In this document: one piece after another, positions 46,990-56,801 of the stretch | Layout of the letters: each line of letters begins with the position of its first letter | Position numbering within the stretch: the stretch's first letter is position 1 | Assembly (NCBI GenBank): GCA_963723305.1 | Contig: CAVRRT010000046.1 | Span: 239-64,238 of the forward strand | Source: an uncultured Pseudomonadota bacterium | GTDB lineage: Bacteria > Myxococcota_A > Polyangia > Fen-1088 | DNA: 64,000 nt | Reading direction: 5' to 3' | The notes under the pieces: generated by a model | What the model was told of the DNA's origin: nothing | The model's input: only the letters and a program-made list of their open reading frames with translations | Database searches by the model: none | Position numbers and translations under genes: made by a program

Positions 46990-47078
46990 CCCTAAGGTAG
47001 CCGATCGCGAACGCCGAAAGACGCTCTACGGTCCGTCGCCGAGGGGACGGACCGCTTCCAGGCCGGGTGACGTCCAGG

Positions 47079-47240
47079 CTACCGGATCGTGCGGAACCAA
47101 GCGTCGATCAGGAACTGGCAGACCACCAGGAGCAATCCGGCGAGAAGGCCCACGCCGATGACTTTGGCCGCGAACCCCGCTCCGCCCATCACTCCCCGAT
47201 CCCCGAGCCGCCCGCTGAACCGCCGCGCCAGTACCGACAT
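47079..47240 (-). CDS. Small hydrophobic protein (53 aa)
   Basis: MSVLARRFSGRLGDRGVMGGAGFAAKVIGVGLLAGLLLVVCQFLIDAWFRTIR. The ATG at 47240 has AGGAGG 8 nt upstream. Confidence 0.5.
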   Translation of the reverse strand: MSVLARRFSGRLGDRGVMGGAGFAAKVIGVGLLAGLLLVVCQFLIDAWFRTIR

Positions 47241-47285
47241 CGCGTGTACCTCCTGTTGCCTGAAGCTAACGCGCGGGCTGTCAAC

Positions 47286-49208
47286 GTGTGGTTTCGGCGC
47301 GGAGCGAGGTGTGTAAAACCTGTCGGCAGTGCTAGCGTTCGAGATCTGACCCTCCGGACCGAGCTTTCGCTGGTGCTGTCGTCGCTGCTGGTCGTTTCGA
47401 TCGGCCTGGCGGGCGGCACCACCATCTATCAGTCGGCGCGCACCATGCGGCGGGAGCTGACGACGGAGTACCAGCTGTTCGCCGAGAACCGGGCCTTCGC
47501 GCTGCGCGACAACTTCGAGATCCTCGAAGACGAGCTGAAGCGCCTGGCGCTCCTGCCCGAGATGAACCCGACCGATCCGGACTATCTGCAGGAGGAGCAG
47601 ATTCTGTCCGGCGCGCACGCCCACTCGGTCCTCTACAACACCGCCGTCCTGCTGCTCGACCGCGAAGGGCACTGCGTCCGCTCGGTCCCCGATCGGTCGG
47701 CGTTCCGCGGGCAGTCATTCGGCGACCGCGCCTGGTTCGCGGCCGTGCAGGGGGGCGCCGCGGGCCCGCTGTTCCGGATCACCGACGAGCCGGCGCTGGG
47801 GCAGACGCTGAAGATCGTCCAGCCGGTGATCCGGGGCGGGGCGTTCTCCGGCGCCCTGGTCGGCATCATCGCGCTGGGGGAGAACAACCTCATCTCGCCG
47901 ACCTTCCACGAGAACCTGCCGCCTGACACCGACGCCGTCCTGGTCGACCAGGAGGGGCAAGAGGGGGAAGAGGGGCAGGTCATCTATCCCCCCGGACGTC
48001 CGCTGCCGGCGATGGGGTCGAGCTGGTCGGAGGCGATCACCGCCTCCTCGCGCGGCGGCAGCGGAACGCTGGTCGGCGATGTGCGCGGGCAGAAGACGCT
48101 CTTTGCCTATTCTCCCGTCGGCGGGGGGACGAAGTACGCGGTCGTGTTCTCCTGGCCCTGGCGGACGCTCACCGCCAACATCGAGCAGCAAGGGGCGACG
48201 CTGGCCGGCGTCCTGGTGTTCGGTATCATCGTGGCCACGCTGGCGGGCGTCCTCTTGTCGGCCTACCTGTCGCGGCCGCTGCAGGCGCTGGCCGACGGTG
48301 CGATCCGCATCGCGCGCGGGGAACGGATCCCGGCGACGTCGGCGCCGCGGCCGGCCGGGACCGAAGAGATCTCCACCCTGCTCGGCGCGTTCGAGCACAT
48401 GGAGCAATCGATCCAGAAGCGGGATCAGGAGCTGCGCGAAGCGGCCGGGATGCTGGAGCAGCGGGTGCACGACCGGACGCAGGAGTTGGTGGCGACGCAG
48501 GCGGCGCTGGTCGAGGCCGAGCGCTTCGCGGCGATGGGGAAGACCTCCGCGGCGATCGCGCACGAGTTGAAGAACGCCCTCAATGGCCTGGGGATGGCGG
48601 TCGAGCTCATCGCCCAGGACCCCGCCAACACGACCCGGGTGGCCCGGCTGCGGCCGCAGGTGGTCGGCGAGATCGCGCGGCTGCGCGACGTGGTCGACTC
48701 GCTGCTCTCGTTCTCGCGTTCGCCGCGCATCGATCGCGCCCCCGCCGATCTGGCGGCGGTGGTGGCGCGCGCCGCCGAGGCGGTGGCCGATCTGGTCGCC
48801 GACCGCGGCGTGGCGTTGACGGTCAACGCGCCGGCCACGCTCCCCGTCCGCTGCGACGCGCACAAGGTCCAGGGGGTGATGGTGAACCTCATCAAGAACG
48901 CCGTGGAAGCGGGGCGCGTCGTCACCGTCACCGTCGGCGCGCGCGATGGCGAGGCGATTATCGAGGTGACCGACGATGGCCCGGGCCTCTCCCCGGAGGC
49001 GCGCGCGCACCTGTTCGAACCGTTCTTCACCACCAAGCCCAACGGCACCGGCCTCGGGCTGCCGACCTCGCGCCGGTTCATCGCGGCGCACGGCGGCACC
49101 ATCGAGGTCGGCACCTCGGCGCTGGGCGGCGCGCTGTTTCGGGTCAGGCTGCCGCTCGACGTCGGTGTTGAAACCGAGGCGCCGGTGATGGAGGCTCGTT
49201 CCACTTGA
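47286..49208 (+). CDS. Sensor histidine kinase (TM, extracytoplasmic Cache-like domain, HAMP, HisKA, HATPase)
   Basis: H box AAIAHELKNALNGL and G box GTGLGL. The start is uncertain: GTG 47286 is the first plausible start before the TM segment LSLVLSSLLVVSIGL. Confidence 0.85.
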   Translation: MWFRRGARCVKPVGSASVRDLTLRTELSLVLSSLLVVSIGLAGGTTIYQSARTMRRELTTEYQLFAENRAFALRDNFEILEDELKRLALLPEMNPTDPDYLQEEQILSGAHAHSVLYNTAVLLLDREGHCVRSVPDRSAFRGQSFGDRAWFAAVQGGAAGPLFRITDEPALGQTLKIVQPVIRGGAFSGALVGIIALGENNLISPTFHENLPPDTDAVLVDQEGQEGEEGQVIYPPGRPLPAMGSSWSEAITASSRGGSGTLVGDVRGQKTLFAYSPVGGGTKYAVVFSWPWRTLTANIEQQGATLAGVLVFGIIVATLAGVLLSAYLSRPLQALADGAIRIARGERIPATSAPRPAGTEEISTLLGAFEHMEQSIQKRDQELREAAGMLEQRVHDRTQELVATQAALVEAERFAAMGKTSAAIAHELKNALNGLGMAVELIAQDPANTTRVARLRPQVVGEIARLRDVVDSLLSFSRSPRIDRAPADLAAVVARAAEAVADLVADRGVALTVNAPATLPVRCDAHKVQGVMVNLIKNAVEAGRVVTVTVGARDGEAIIEVTDDGPGLSPEARAHLFEPFFTTKPNGTGLGLPTSRRFIAAHGGTIEVGTSALGGALFRVRLPLDVGVETEAPVMEARST

Positions 49209-50605
49209 AACCAACGGTGCTGGTGATCGACGACGAGAAGACGTTCCGCATCGTCGCCGAGGAGGCGCTGGCGGCCGAAGGCTTCCTGGTCACCACGGCG
49301 TCGAGCGGGCATGCCGGCCTGGCGGCCTGGCAGCGCGAGCCATGCGACCTGGTGATCCTCGATCGGCATCTCCCCGACACCGACGGGATCGTGGTCCTCG
49401 AGGCGATGACGCGCGAGGCGCGCGAGCGCAACCTCGACACGCTGGTGGTGATCGCCACGGCCTACGCCGACGTGGCCAGCGCGGTGCAGGCGCTCAAGCT
49501 GGGCGCGTTCGACTATCTGTCGAAGCCGCTGCAGCTCCCCGAGTTCGTGGTGACCGTCGGCAAGGCGATCGAGGCGCAGCGGTTGCGCGCCCAGGTGCGC
49601 CAGCTGGCCGGGCGCGCGCAGGCGGCGATGGGTGACTTCGTGGTCGGCGCCTCGGCCCCGATGCAGAGGGTGATCGACATGGTCGACAAGGTCGCCGAGG
49701 CGCCCGACACGACGGTGTTGATTCAGGGCGAATCGGGGACCGGCAAGGAGATCATCGCCGACCTGATCGCCCGCCGGACCGTGGGGCGCAAGGACGGCCC
49801 GTTCGTGGAGATCAACTGCGCCTCGGTCCCCGAGAACCTGCTGGAGAGCGAGCTCTTCGGCTACGAGCGCGGCGCCTTCACCGACGCCAAGGCGCAGAAG
49901 CGGGGCTTGTTCGAGGAGGCCGACGGCGGGACGCTGCTGCTCGACGAGGTCGGTGACATGCCGATCGCCACGCAGGCCAAGCTGCTCAAGGTCCTCGAGG
50001 AGATGACCTTCCGCCGGCTGGGCGGCACCCGCGATCTGTCGGTCAACGTGCGGGTCGTGGCGGCCACCAACAAGGAGCTGGCCGACGAAGTGGAGCGGGG
50101 CGCCTTCCGGCTCGACCTCTACCACCGCCTCGACGTCTTTCACATCCGCGTGCCGCCGCTGCGCGAGCGCCCCGAGGACATCCTGCCGCTGGCGACGCAC
50201 TTCTTGGCCCGCTTCGCCACGCGCATGCGCAAGCCGGCCGCCAAGTTCGCCCCCGAGACCGAGCGCCTGCTGCTCGCTTACGACTACCCCGGCAACGTCC
50301 GCGAGCTGCGCAACGTGATCGAACGGGCGGTGATCCTCTCGACCCGCGAGGTGATCGAGACCGACTGCATCGTGCTGTCGGGGCCGTCGCGCGCGGGCGC
50401 CGCTGGCCCCGTGGCGCCGACACCGTCGTTCTTCGCCGTCGACGTCGACGACGCCGGGAAGCCGCCCGATCTGGAGCGGCTCGAGCGCGCCTACATCGCG
50501 CGCCTGTTGGATTTCACCGCCGGCAACCGGACCGCCGTCGCCCGCCTGCTGGGCGTCTCGTACCCGACCGTCGCCAAGAAGATCGCCGACTACGGTCTGG
50601 CCTAG
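49205..50605 (+). CDS. Sigma-54-dependent response regulator (NtrC family: REC, AAA+, Fis-type HTH)
   Basis: VLVIDDE...DLVILD receiver, GESGTGKE Walker A, ESELFGYERGAFTDA (GAFTGA-type loop), and a C-terminal HTH. The TTG start overlaps the kinase stop (TTGA). Confidence 0.93.
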   Translation: MKPTVLVIDDEKTFRIVAEEALAAEGFLVTTASSGHAGLAAWQREPCDLVILDRHLPDTDGIVVLEAMTREARERNLDTLVVIATAYADVASAVQALKLGAFDYLSKPLQLPEFVVTVGKAIEAQRLRAQVRQLAGRAQAAMGDFVVGASAPMQRVIDMVDKVAEAPDTTVLIQGESGTGKEIIADLIARRTVGRKDGPFVEINCASVPENLLESELFGYERGAFTDAKAQKRGLFEEADGGTLLLDEVGDMPIATQAKLLKVLEEMTFRRLGGTRDLSVNVRVVAATNKELADEVERGAFRLDLYHRLDVFHIRVPPLRERPEDILPLATHFLARFATRMRKPAAKFAPETERLLLAYDYPGNVRELRNVIERAVILSTREVIETDCIVLSGPSRAGAAGPVAPTPSFFAVDVDDAGKPPDLERLERAYIARLLDFTAGNRTAVARLLGVSYPTVAKKIADYGLA

Positions 50606-50667
50606 CGGTCGCCAGCCCGGCGACGCCGGCCGAGGATCTGGTTGCCGCCAGGCCGCCAGGCGGCCGC

Positions 50668-51426
50668 TCAGCCGCCGCTGCCGGTGGCCGGGATCGAGTA
50701 GCTGGTCAGCTCCTCGAGGTGTCCGGTGGTGTTCGACTCCCGGATCTTGCCGACGCCGGGGACGAACCACTGGCTCTTGGCGGTTCCGTCGGCGGTGTTG
50801 GTGCGGGTGATCTTGAGCGCGCTGAAGGTGCCGGCCGGCTCGGTGACCGTCTCGTTGACGGCGTCGGTGGTCCAGTTCTCGGTGACGGTGCTGGTCGAGG
50901 CCGGCTTGCTGCTGGAGGTGTGCGCGTCCATGTAGCTCATCGTCCAGGCGGCGCCCGCCATCAGGTGGTCAGGCGCCTCGTCGACGCGCAGGTCGTACGG
51001 CGTGTACCAGTCCTCCGACGACAGGAGGCCGTTGGCGTCCAGCATCTGATCGTGCAGGCGGCGCACGTCGGTGTCGGTCATCTGGTACCAGGTCAGCTGC
51101 GTGCTGGTCTTGATCGTCTCGCTGACCTTGTAGCCCATGGTGCCGGCGAACATCCCGCCGACGTCCTCGAAGGACTCGACCGCGCTGTTCTTGGTGTAGG
51201 CGATCCCCGTGTCGGTGACGTTGTAGACCCAGGTCGTGCCGACCACCAGCGGCTGGTAGCGCCCGCTGGTCATGAGGGGGACGGCGCCGTCGGCGGCCAG
51301 AGCCCCGGTCGTCCCGCCCGAGCCGGACTGGGCGCCGCCGCCGCCGCTGCCGCCGCCGCATCCGCCCGCCATCGTCGCCACCGCCGCCAACGCTGCCCAA
51401 GGAATCGTCGTCACCAAGAAACGCAT
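50668..51426 (-). CDS. Hypothetical lipoprotein
   Basis: MRFLVTTIPWAALAAVATMAGGCGG lipobox. AAGGAG is suitably spaced for the ATG at 51426. The ORF is open to 51444. Confidence 0.6.
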   Translation of the reverse strand: MRFLVTTIPWAALAAVATMAGGCGGGSGGGGAQSGSGGTTGALAADGAVPLMTSGRYQPLVVGTTWVYNVTDTGIAYTKNSAVESFEDVGGMFAGTMGYKVSETIKTSTQLTWYQMTDTDVRRLHDQMLDANGLLSSEDWYTPYDLRVDEAPDHLMAGAAWTMSYMDAHTSSSKPASTSTVTENWTTDAVNETVTEPAGTFSALKITRTNTADGTAKSQWFVPGVGKIRESNTTGHLEELTSYSIPATGSGG

Positions 51427-51487
51427 GCTCATTCTCCTTCGCAATCAGCCCATCGTCCCACTCCGCCGCCACCACCTCGCGCCGCGC

Positions 51488-52174
51488 TCAGGCGGCGAGA
51501 CCATTCTTCCCTTCGTCGAGCGTCACCGTGTGAACGCCCGAGATCTGAGCCTCGCCGAGCGCGCGCAGGACCCCGGCGGCGTCCTGCGTCTCGCCGAGGA
51601 CCGTCTCGATCACCAGGCGCCCCGAGCCGGGGCCGGCGTCGGGCAGCTCGAGCACGCGGGAGCCGGGGAACGTCAGCTTGATCCGCCCCCAGGCGTTGCG
51701 CGCGTCCTCGACCTGCACCGCCACGCGCACCAGACGCAGCCGCGCCCGCCGGCCGACGTCAAACAACGCCAGCACGATTCCCGCGAACAACGTGGCCACC
51801 ACCGCCATGGGGACCGCGCCCAGGCCGCAGGCCATGCCGAGGCCGATCATCACGAACATCACCGCGGCATCGCGGGTGTCCTTGATCCCCGAGCGAAAGC
51901 GGATGAAGCCCCCCAGGCCAACCAGGCCGAAGGCGCGCGCGGTGCTGTGGCCGATCACCACCACCATGAGCGCGCCCGCCACCGCGATGAGCGTCTGCGC
52001 CTGGGCCACCTCGCGCGCCGGCGGCAGCGCGTTCGGGAGGAGGCGCCGCCAGGGGCGAAACCCCAGGAACGCGCCGAGCAGCGCGGCGATCGCCAGGCGG
52101 ATGAGCACGATCTCGAAACGCGCGGTCCCCATCGTGTCGAGGCCGAGCGTGTCGTTGAGATCGAATGGCGACAT
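51488..52174 (-). CDS. DUF4956-like membrane protein (usual partner of bacterial VTC-domain proteins)
   Basis: 228 aa, N-terminal multi-TM region plus soluble C-terminal domain. Family assignment is from memory of DUF4956 architecture and the VTC neighbourhood. Confidence 0.6.
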   Translation of the reverse strand: MSPFDLNDTLGLDTMGTARFEIVLIRLAIAALLGAFLGFRPWRRLLPNALPPAREVAQAQTLIAVAGALMVVVIGHSTARAFGLVGLGGFIRFRSGIKDTRDAAVMFVMIGLGMACGLGAVPMAVVATLFAGIVLALFDVGRRARLRLVRVAVQVEDARNAWGRIKLTFPGSRVLELPDAGPGSGRLVIETVLGETQDAAGVLRALGEAQISGVHTVTLDEGKNGLAA

Positions 52175-52176
52175 GC

Positions 52177-53922
52177 TCAGGCCGCCATCACCGACCGCGT
52201 GAGGTTGGCGCCGGTGGCGATGATGGCCGCCTGCTTGAGCAGCGAGATCTGGTCGGCGAACCCGCGCAGCGCGCGGGCGAGCAGATCCTGCCCGCGCGCG
52301 CCGCTCACCAGCACGCCCAGGCTCTTGACCACGGTGGGGGGCCAGATCTCCAGGCAGCTCTCGCGGATCTCCCAGGCCGTCTGGTGGTCGAGGCCGATCA
52401 TCGAGTCGAGCGCCTCGCGGCAGCGCAGAGCGGTCCCGGTGCGCAGCGCCCAGGCGCGCGCGTCGTCCATCCCGGCGATCGTCGCCAGCACCGCCTTGGG
52501 GGCGCGGCTCGCGGCGCGGTCGCGCCAGAGCCAGGCCCGATCGCCGGTCAGCCCCTTCAGCGAGACGACGGCGGCGACCGGCGCGGCGTCGCGCGCCAGC
52601 TTGCGCAGCTTCCAGGCCTCCGGGCTGTCGATGCCGGTCACCGAGCGCGCGATGGCGCGGGCCCGAAAATAGTTGGCGGCCGCGCGGCCGGGACCGCCGC
52701 GATCGGCGAGCCAGCGCGTTCGGAAATCCCAGGCGCGCGGCACGTCGAGCAGCGCCAGCGAGCCGAGCACCGACTCCGGGACGCGCGGATAGAGCTCGGC
52801 GCGCAGGGCCCAGGCGGTCTCGTCGTCGAGCCCCTCCAGGCTGGAGGCGACCTCGGCGGGGGCGATGTCGGCCAGCAGCTCGCGCAGAGCCCAGGCCTCG
52901 CTCGCCTCCGCCGCCATGTCGGTGAGCGACAGCGCCACCTCGGCCGGGGCGGTTTCCAGCAGCAGCCGGCGCAGCTGCCAGGAGATCGCGTCGGAGAGCC
53001 CGCGCAGGCCGCGGGCGACGATCCGCGGCGCCACCGCCGCCAGGTCGAGGCGCCGCTTGTCGATCCCGACCCCCGCCGTCCCCGCCAGCACGTACGCCGC
53101 CAGCTCGGGCTCGGTGAGCGCGCGCCGATCGACCCAGGCCAGGAACGCCGCCAGCGCCGTGCGGACGTCGTCGATCGGCGCGGCGGGGGCGAGCGCGAGG
53201 GCGCGGGCGGGGGAGGGACCGGACGCCGGAGCGACGGCCGCCGCCAGACGCGACCGTGCCTCGCGCAGCGCCGCCGGGCGATCGGTCCGTGCCCCGATGA
53301 CGGCGTCGACGATGGCGGCGACCACCCGCCCCAGCTCAGCGTCGGTGTTCTCGACGAGGACCCAGCGATCGGGGTCGCGCCCGGCCAGCGCGCGATAGCC
53401 GGCGCGCAGGCGGAGCTGAAGACCGCTGCCGGTCAGCCCCTTGCGCGAGACAGGGCGGCGATCGGGCGCCAGGATCTTGGCCACCTTGCGGCGCCCGCGC
53501 GCCACCGACGGATCGACATCGATCAGGAAGACGAGATCCGGCCAGAGCCCGCCGGCCGCCGCGGCCAGCACCGGGGCGGTCTCCGCGTCCGGAAGATCGC
53601 GCCCCGCCTGCGCCAGGACCTCCGCGGTGTAGAAGTAGCGATCGGCGATGACCACGTCCGCCCGCGCCAGCGCCGGGCGGAGCACCTCGTCGGCCAGCTG
53701 GACCTCACGCGCCACGTAGAGCATCAGCTCGGCCCGGGGCGAGAGGGCCATGTTGCGCGCGTCGCGACAGAAATCGCGAATCCCCTGCGTCACCTTGGAG
53801 GCGAACGCCCCCTCCTCGCGCAGGTGCTCGACCGTCAGGCCGCGCTCACGCAGCTCCTTGGCGACCCGGTTGGAGATGGTCGTCTTTCCGCTGCCGTCGA
53901 TTCCTTCGAAGACCACGAACAT
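52177..53922 (-). CDS. Thymidylate kinase (dTMP kinase) domain fused to a ~390-aa helical repeat domain
   Basis: MFVVFEGIDGSGKTT P-loop and the ADRYFYT (DRY/F) motif. The remainder is ~30-aa repeats with an AW-x-LR core. ATG 53922 follows GAGGTGA. The stop lies 2 nt before the next gene's start. Confidence 0.8.
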   Translation of the reverse strand: MFVVFEGIDGSGKTTISNRVAKELRERGLTVEHLREEGAFASKVTQGIRDFCRDARNMALSPRAELMLYVAREVQLADEVLRPALARADVVIADRYFYTAEVLAQAGRDLPDAETAPVLAAAAGGLWPDLVFLIDVDPSVARGRRKVAKILAPDRRPVSRKGLTGSGLQLRLRAGYRALAGRDPDRWVLVENTDAELGRVVAAIVDAVIGARTDRPAALREARSRLAAAVAPASGPSPARALALAPAAPIDDVRTALAAFLAWVDRRALTEPELAAYVLAGTAGVGIDKRRLDLAAVAPRIVARGLRGLSDAISWQLRRLLLETAPAEVALSLTDMAAEASEAWALRELLADIAPAEVASSLEGLDDETAWALRAELYPRVPESVLGSLALLDVPRAWDFRTRWLADRGGPGRAAANYFRARAIARSVTGIDSPEAWKLRKLARDAAPVAAVVSLKGLTGDRAWLWRDRAASRAPKAVLATIAGMDDARAWALRTGTALRCREALDSMIGLDHQTAWEIRESCLEIWPPTVVKSLGVLVSGARGQDLLARALRGFADQISLLKQAAIIATGANLTRSVMAA

Positions 53923-53932
53923 CGTTCTCACC

Positions 53933-54772
53933 TCACGCAGCGACGAAGGATCCCAGGGCAAACGGCGGCGATTCGGGGGCGGCGGACGCGGCGCGGCCGG
54001 CGCCGCTGGGCACTTCGGCGCCGTGGCCGAAGGCGGTCATTCCCATGCGGAACTTGGAGAAGGAGTCCGCCGGCTGCAGCGCCTCCAGCGCCGGCCCCAG
54101 CCAGAGCGGCATCTCGCCGCAGTGCTTGACCTCCAGGACCCGCGCGGGAAAGGCGGCGACCACCTCGCGCGCGCGCGGCGCGGCGGCGTCGCCCGCCGCC
54201 CCGATCGGTTGCGGCCGGCAGAAGGTCAGATGCTCGTCGAGCGTGATGCGGACGCGGCGTCCTTCGGCGGTCAGACAAAGCCGCCGGTACCAGGTCGCCA
54301 GGCGGGGGGCCATGGTGGGGAGCGCCAGCTCACGGGCGATCGCCGCCAGCGCGCCGTTCGGCGCCGTCTCCTGTTCGAGGGCGCCGCGCGCGTCGACGAG
54401 GCGCGCGATCTCGGACGGCGTGGCGGCGAGGCGCACCTTGCTGCGCGCGTCGCCGGCGTGCTGCTTGAGCTCGATGAAGGCGACGCCGGAGAGGACCGGA
54501 TCGTCCTTCGGCGCGGCCGCCACGGCGTACTCACGCACCCGGAGCCGGCGCGCCGGCTCTCCTTCGCCGGAGCGGAAGTAGCCGAGGTCGTCGGTGTCGA
54601 GGTAGGTCGTCCGCGTGTACGAGATCGGCCGCGCAGGGTCGTAGATCTCGACGGCGGCGCGCGGGGCGATCGCGTCGAGAAAGCGCCGCATCTCGGCGCG
54701 CGAGAGCAGAAACCGCAGCTCGTGATCGAACGGATCGTTACTCGGCGTTGACGTTTCGACGGCACCACCCAT
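53933..54772 (-). CDS. VTC-domain (CYTH-like, polyphosphate-polymerase-type tunnel fold) protein
   Basis: ELRFLL...SYTRTTYLDTDDLGYF...RRLRVREY...FIELKQH pattern of bacterial VTC domain proteins. ATG 54772 follows GGGAGGTGG. Confidence 0.75.
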   Translation of the reverse strand: MGGAVETSTPSNDPFDHELRFLLSRAEMRRFLDAIAPRAAVEIYDPARPISYTRTTYLDTDDLGYFRSGEGEPARRLRVREYAVAAAPKDDPVLSGVAFIELKQHAGDARSKVRLAATPSEIARLVDARGALEQETAPNGALAAIARELALPTMAPRLATWYRRLCLTAEGRRVRITLDEHLTFCRPQPIGAAGDAAAPRAREVVAAFPARVLEVKHCGEMPLWLGPALEALQPADSFSKFRMGMTAFGHGAEVPSGAGRAASAAPESPPFALGSFVAA

Positions 54773-54923
54773 ATCGCCCCACCTCCCGCTTGAGATACCT
54801 GCCCGGACGGAAACCGCAGCGCACGAGCGTGGGCATGTGCAAGTCAAATGCCGATCGCCGCGGCGCGCGTGTGCCGCGCCAGGGCCGGTCGGCCCGGGCG
54901 GCCGTTACCGCGGCGTAATCCGC

Positions 54924-56801
54924 TCAGCCGGGCGGGGTTACCGTTCGTCGATGGTTCAGACGATCGGCAAGACCAGACGAGCGTTCGAGCGGCCGCGCGG
55001 CCGCCCGCGCGACGAGCGCGCGGCGTCCCACCACCACCATCGATCGGCGCGCCCGGGTCACCGCGGTGTAGACCAGCTCGCGCGAGAGAAGCGGCAGGTC
55101 GACCTCGGGCAGGATCAGCGCCGCCTGATCGAGCTCGCTCCCCTGCGACTTGTGGACCGTGGTCGCGTAGGAGACTGCCAGGGCACCGCGCAAGGTGGCG
55201 GCCGGGAAAAGCGCCAGCGTCGTCTCGCGCGGAAAGGCCACCAATGACTGCGGCGGGCCGGCCCCGGCGTCCCCCGCCCCGCGCGCCAAGAGAACGATCC
55301 CCTGATCGCCGTTCATGAGGCCCCGGTCGTAGTCGTTCTCGGTCATCATGATCGGCGTGCCGGTGGCGAGATCACCGCCGGCGGCGTCGCGCCCCGCTCG
55401 TGCGCCGCCGGCGGCGAGGGCGGCGTTGATGCGATCGGAGCCGGTCGGGCCGACGCGGGTGACGGTCAGCAGGCGTGCGCGCGGTGGCGATCGAGGAGCG
55501 CGCCGGCCAGGGCGAGCGGCGGCGCGATCGAGCCCGCCGCGGTCGAGGTGGAGGACGCCGGCCGCGCCGATCTCGCCAGCGCCGGCACGACGTGCGTCGC
55601 GTACCACCGGTCGACGAAGGCGGCGACCAGCCGACGGCCGTTGAAGTCGCGGGCGTCGGGCTCGCAGAGCTCGAAGCCCACGAACCTGAGCGCGGCGATC
55701 CCGGCTTGGCCGGCGGCCGGTCGCGCGGGGGCGCTTCCCCGCGGCGATCCTGTGCGCGGCCTCGAGCACTCCGCGCCGGCGGGATCGTCCGGGCTCATGC
55801 GGTGGCTCTCGGTCAGCCGGAGGGCCAAGGGGCCGAGATCGCGGAAGACGCTGCCCGCCTCGATCGCCGGGAGCTGGTCGGCGTCGCCGATCAGCACGAG
55901 GCGCGCGTCCGGACGCAACGCGCGCGAGAGCTGCTCGAGGAGCACCAGGTCGACCATCGACGCCTCGTCGACGACGACGGCCGCGTGCGGCAGCCGGTTG
56001 TTCTCGTGGTGGCGGAACTCGCCGCCGCGCAGCGACCGCTGCGCAGAGTCTCCGAGCAAGCGGTGCAGGGTGCCGGGGGCCGGCGTCGCCTGGCCCTCGG
56101 CCAGCAGCGCCTCGGCGATCCGATGGGCCGCCTTGCCGGTCGGCGCGGCGACGGCGATCGCCTCGGCGGCGATTCCCGCGGCACGCCAGGCGCGGACGAT
56201 GCCGCCGATGAGCGCCGTCTTCCCGCTGCCGGGCCCGCCGGTCACCACCGTCAACGGCCGCGCCAGGGCGGCCGCGATCGCCGCGCTCTGCGCGGGCGTC
56301 CAGCGGCGCTGCGTCCCCTGGCCCGGGGGAGCGGCGGCCGCCAACGCCCCTTCCGGATCGGAGAGCGCCGGCGCGGGGGTGGCGATCCGCGCGGCCAGCG
56401 CCTCGGCCAGGCGCTCTTCGAGCCGCAGGTCGCGCTCCTGATAGAGGTACTCGCCGTCGACGATGAACGGCCGGAAGTCGCCCGGGCGCCCGACCAGCGG
56501 CGCCAGCGCCGGATTTTCCGCCAGCCCGGCGACGAGCGCGGCGACCGCCGCGCGATCGTCGGGGCGGGCCCCCAGCCGTTCGAGGCGCCCGTCGAGCCCG
56601 CCACCGAGCCCGAGCCGCGTCGCCCCCTCTCCGCGCCTGCACGAGGCCAGCACCAGCAGCGCGAAGGCGCGGCGCGCGGGACGGCAGGTCGACCGGCCAG
56701 CCGGCGGCCTCGAGGGCCAGGTAGAGCGACGCCTCGTCGACGTCGTGGGCGGCGAGCTCCCCCGCCCAGGCGGGCGGCCAGCGGCGGTCGCGCGCGCTCA
56801 C
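54924..56801 (-). pseudogene. recD: recD (exodeoxyribonuclease V alpha) copy 1, needs >=2-3 frame switches
   Basis: The N-terminus VSARDRRWPPAWA... is in one frame. TVVTGGPGSGKT, VVVDEASMVD and LIGDADQLP are in a second frame. The C-terminus ...SYATTVHKSQGSE...VYTAVTRA returns to the first frame. Confidence 0.8.
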
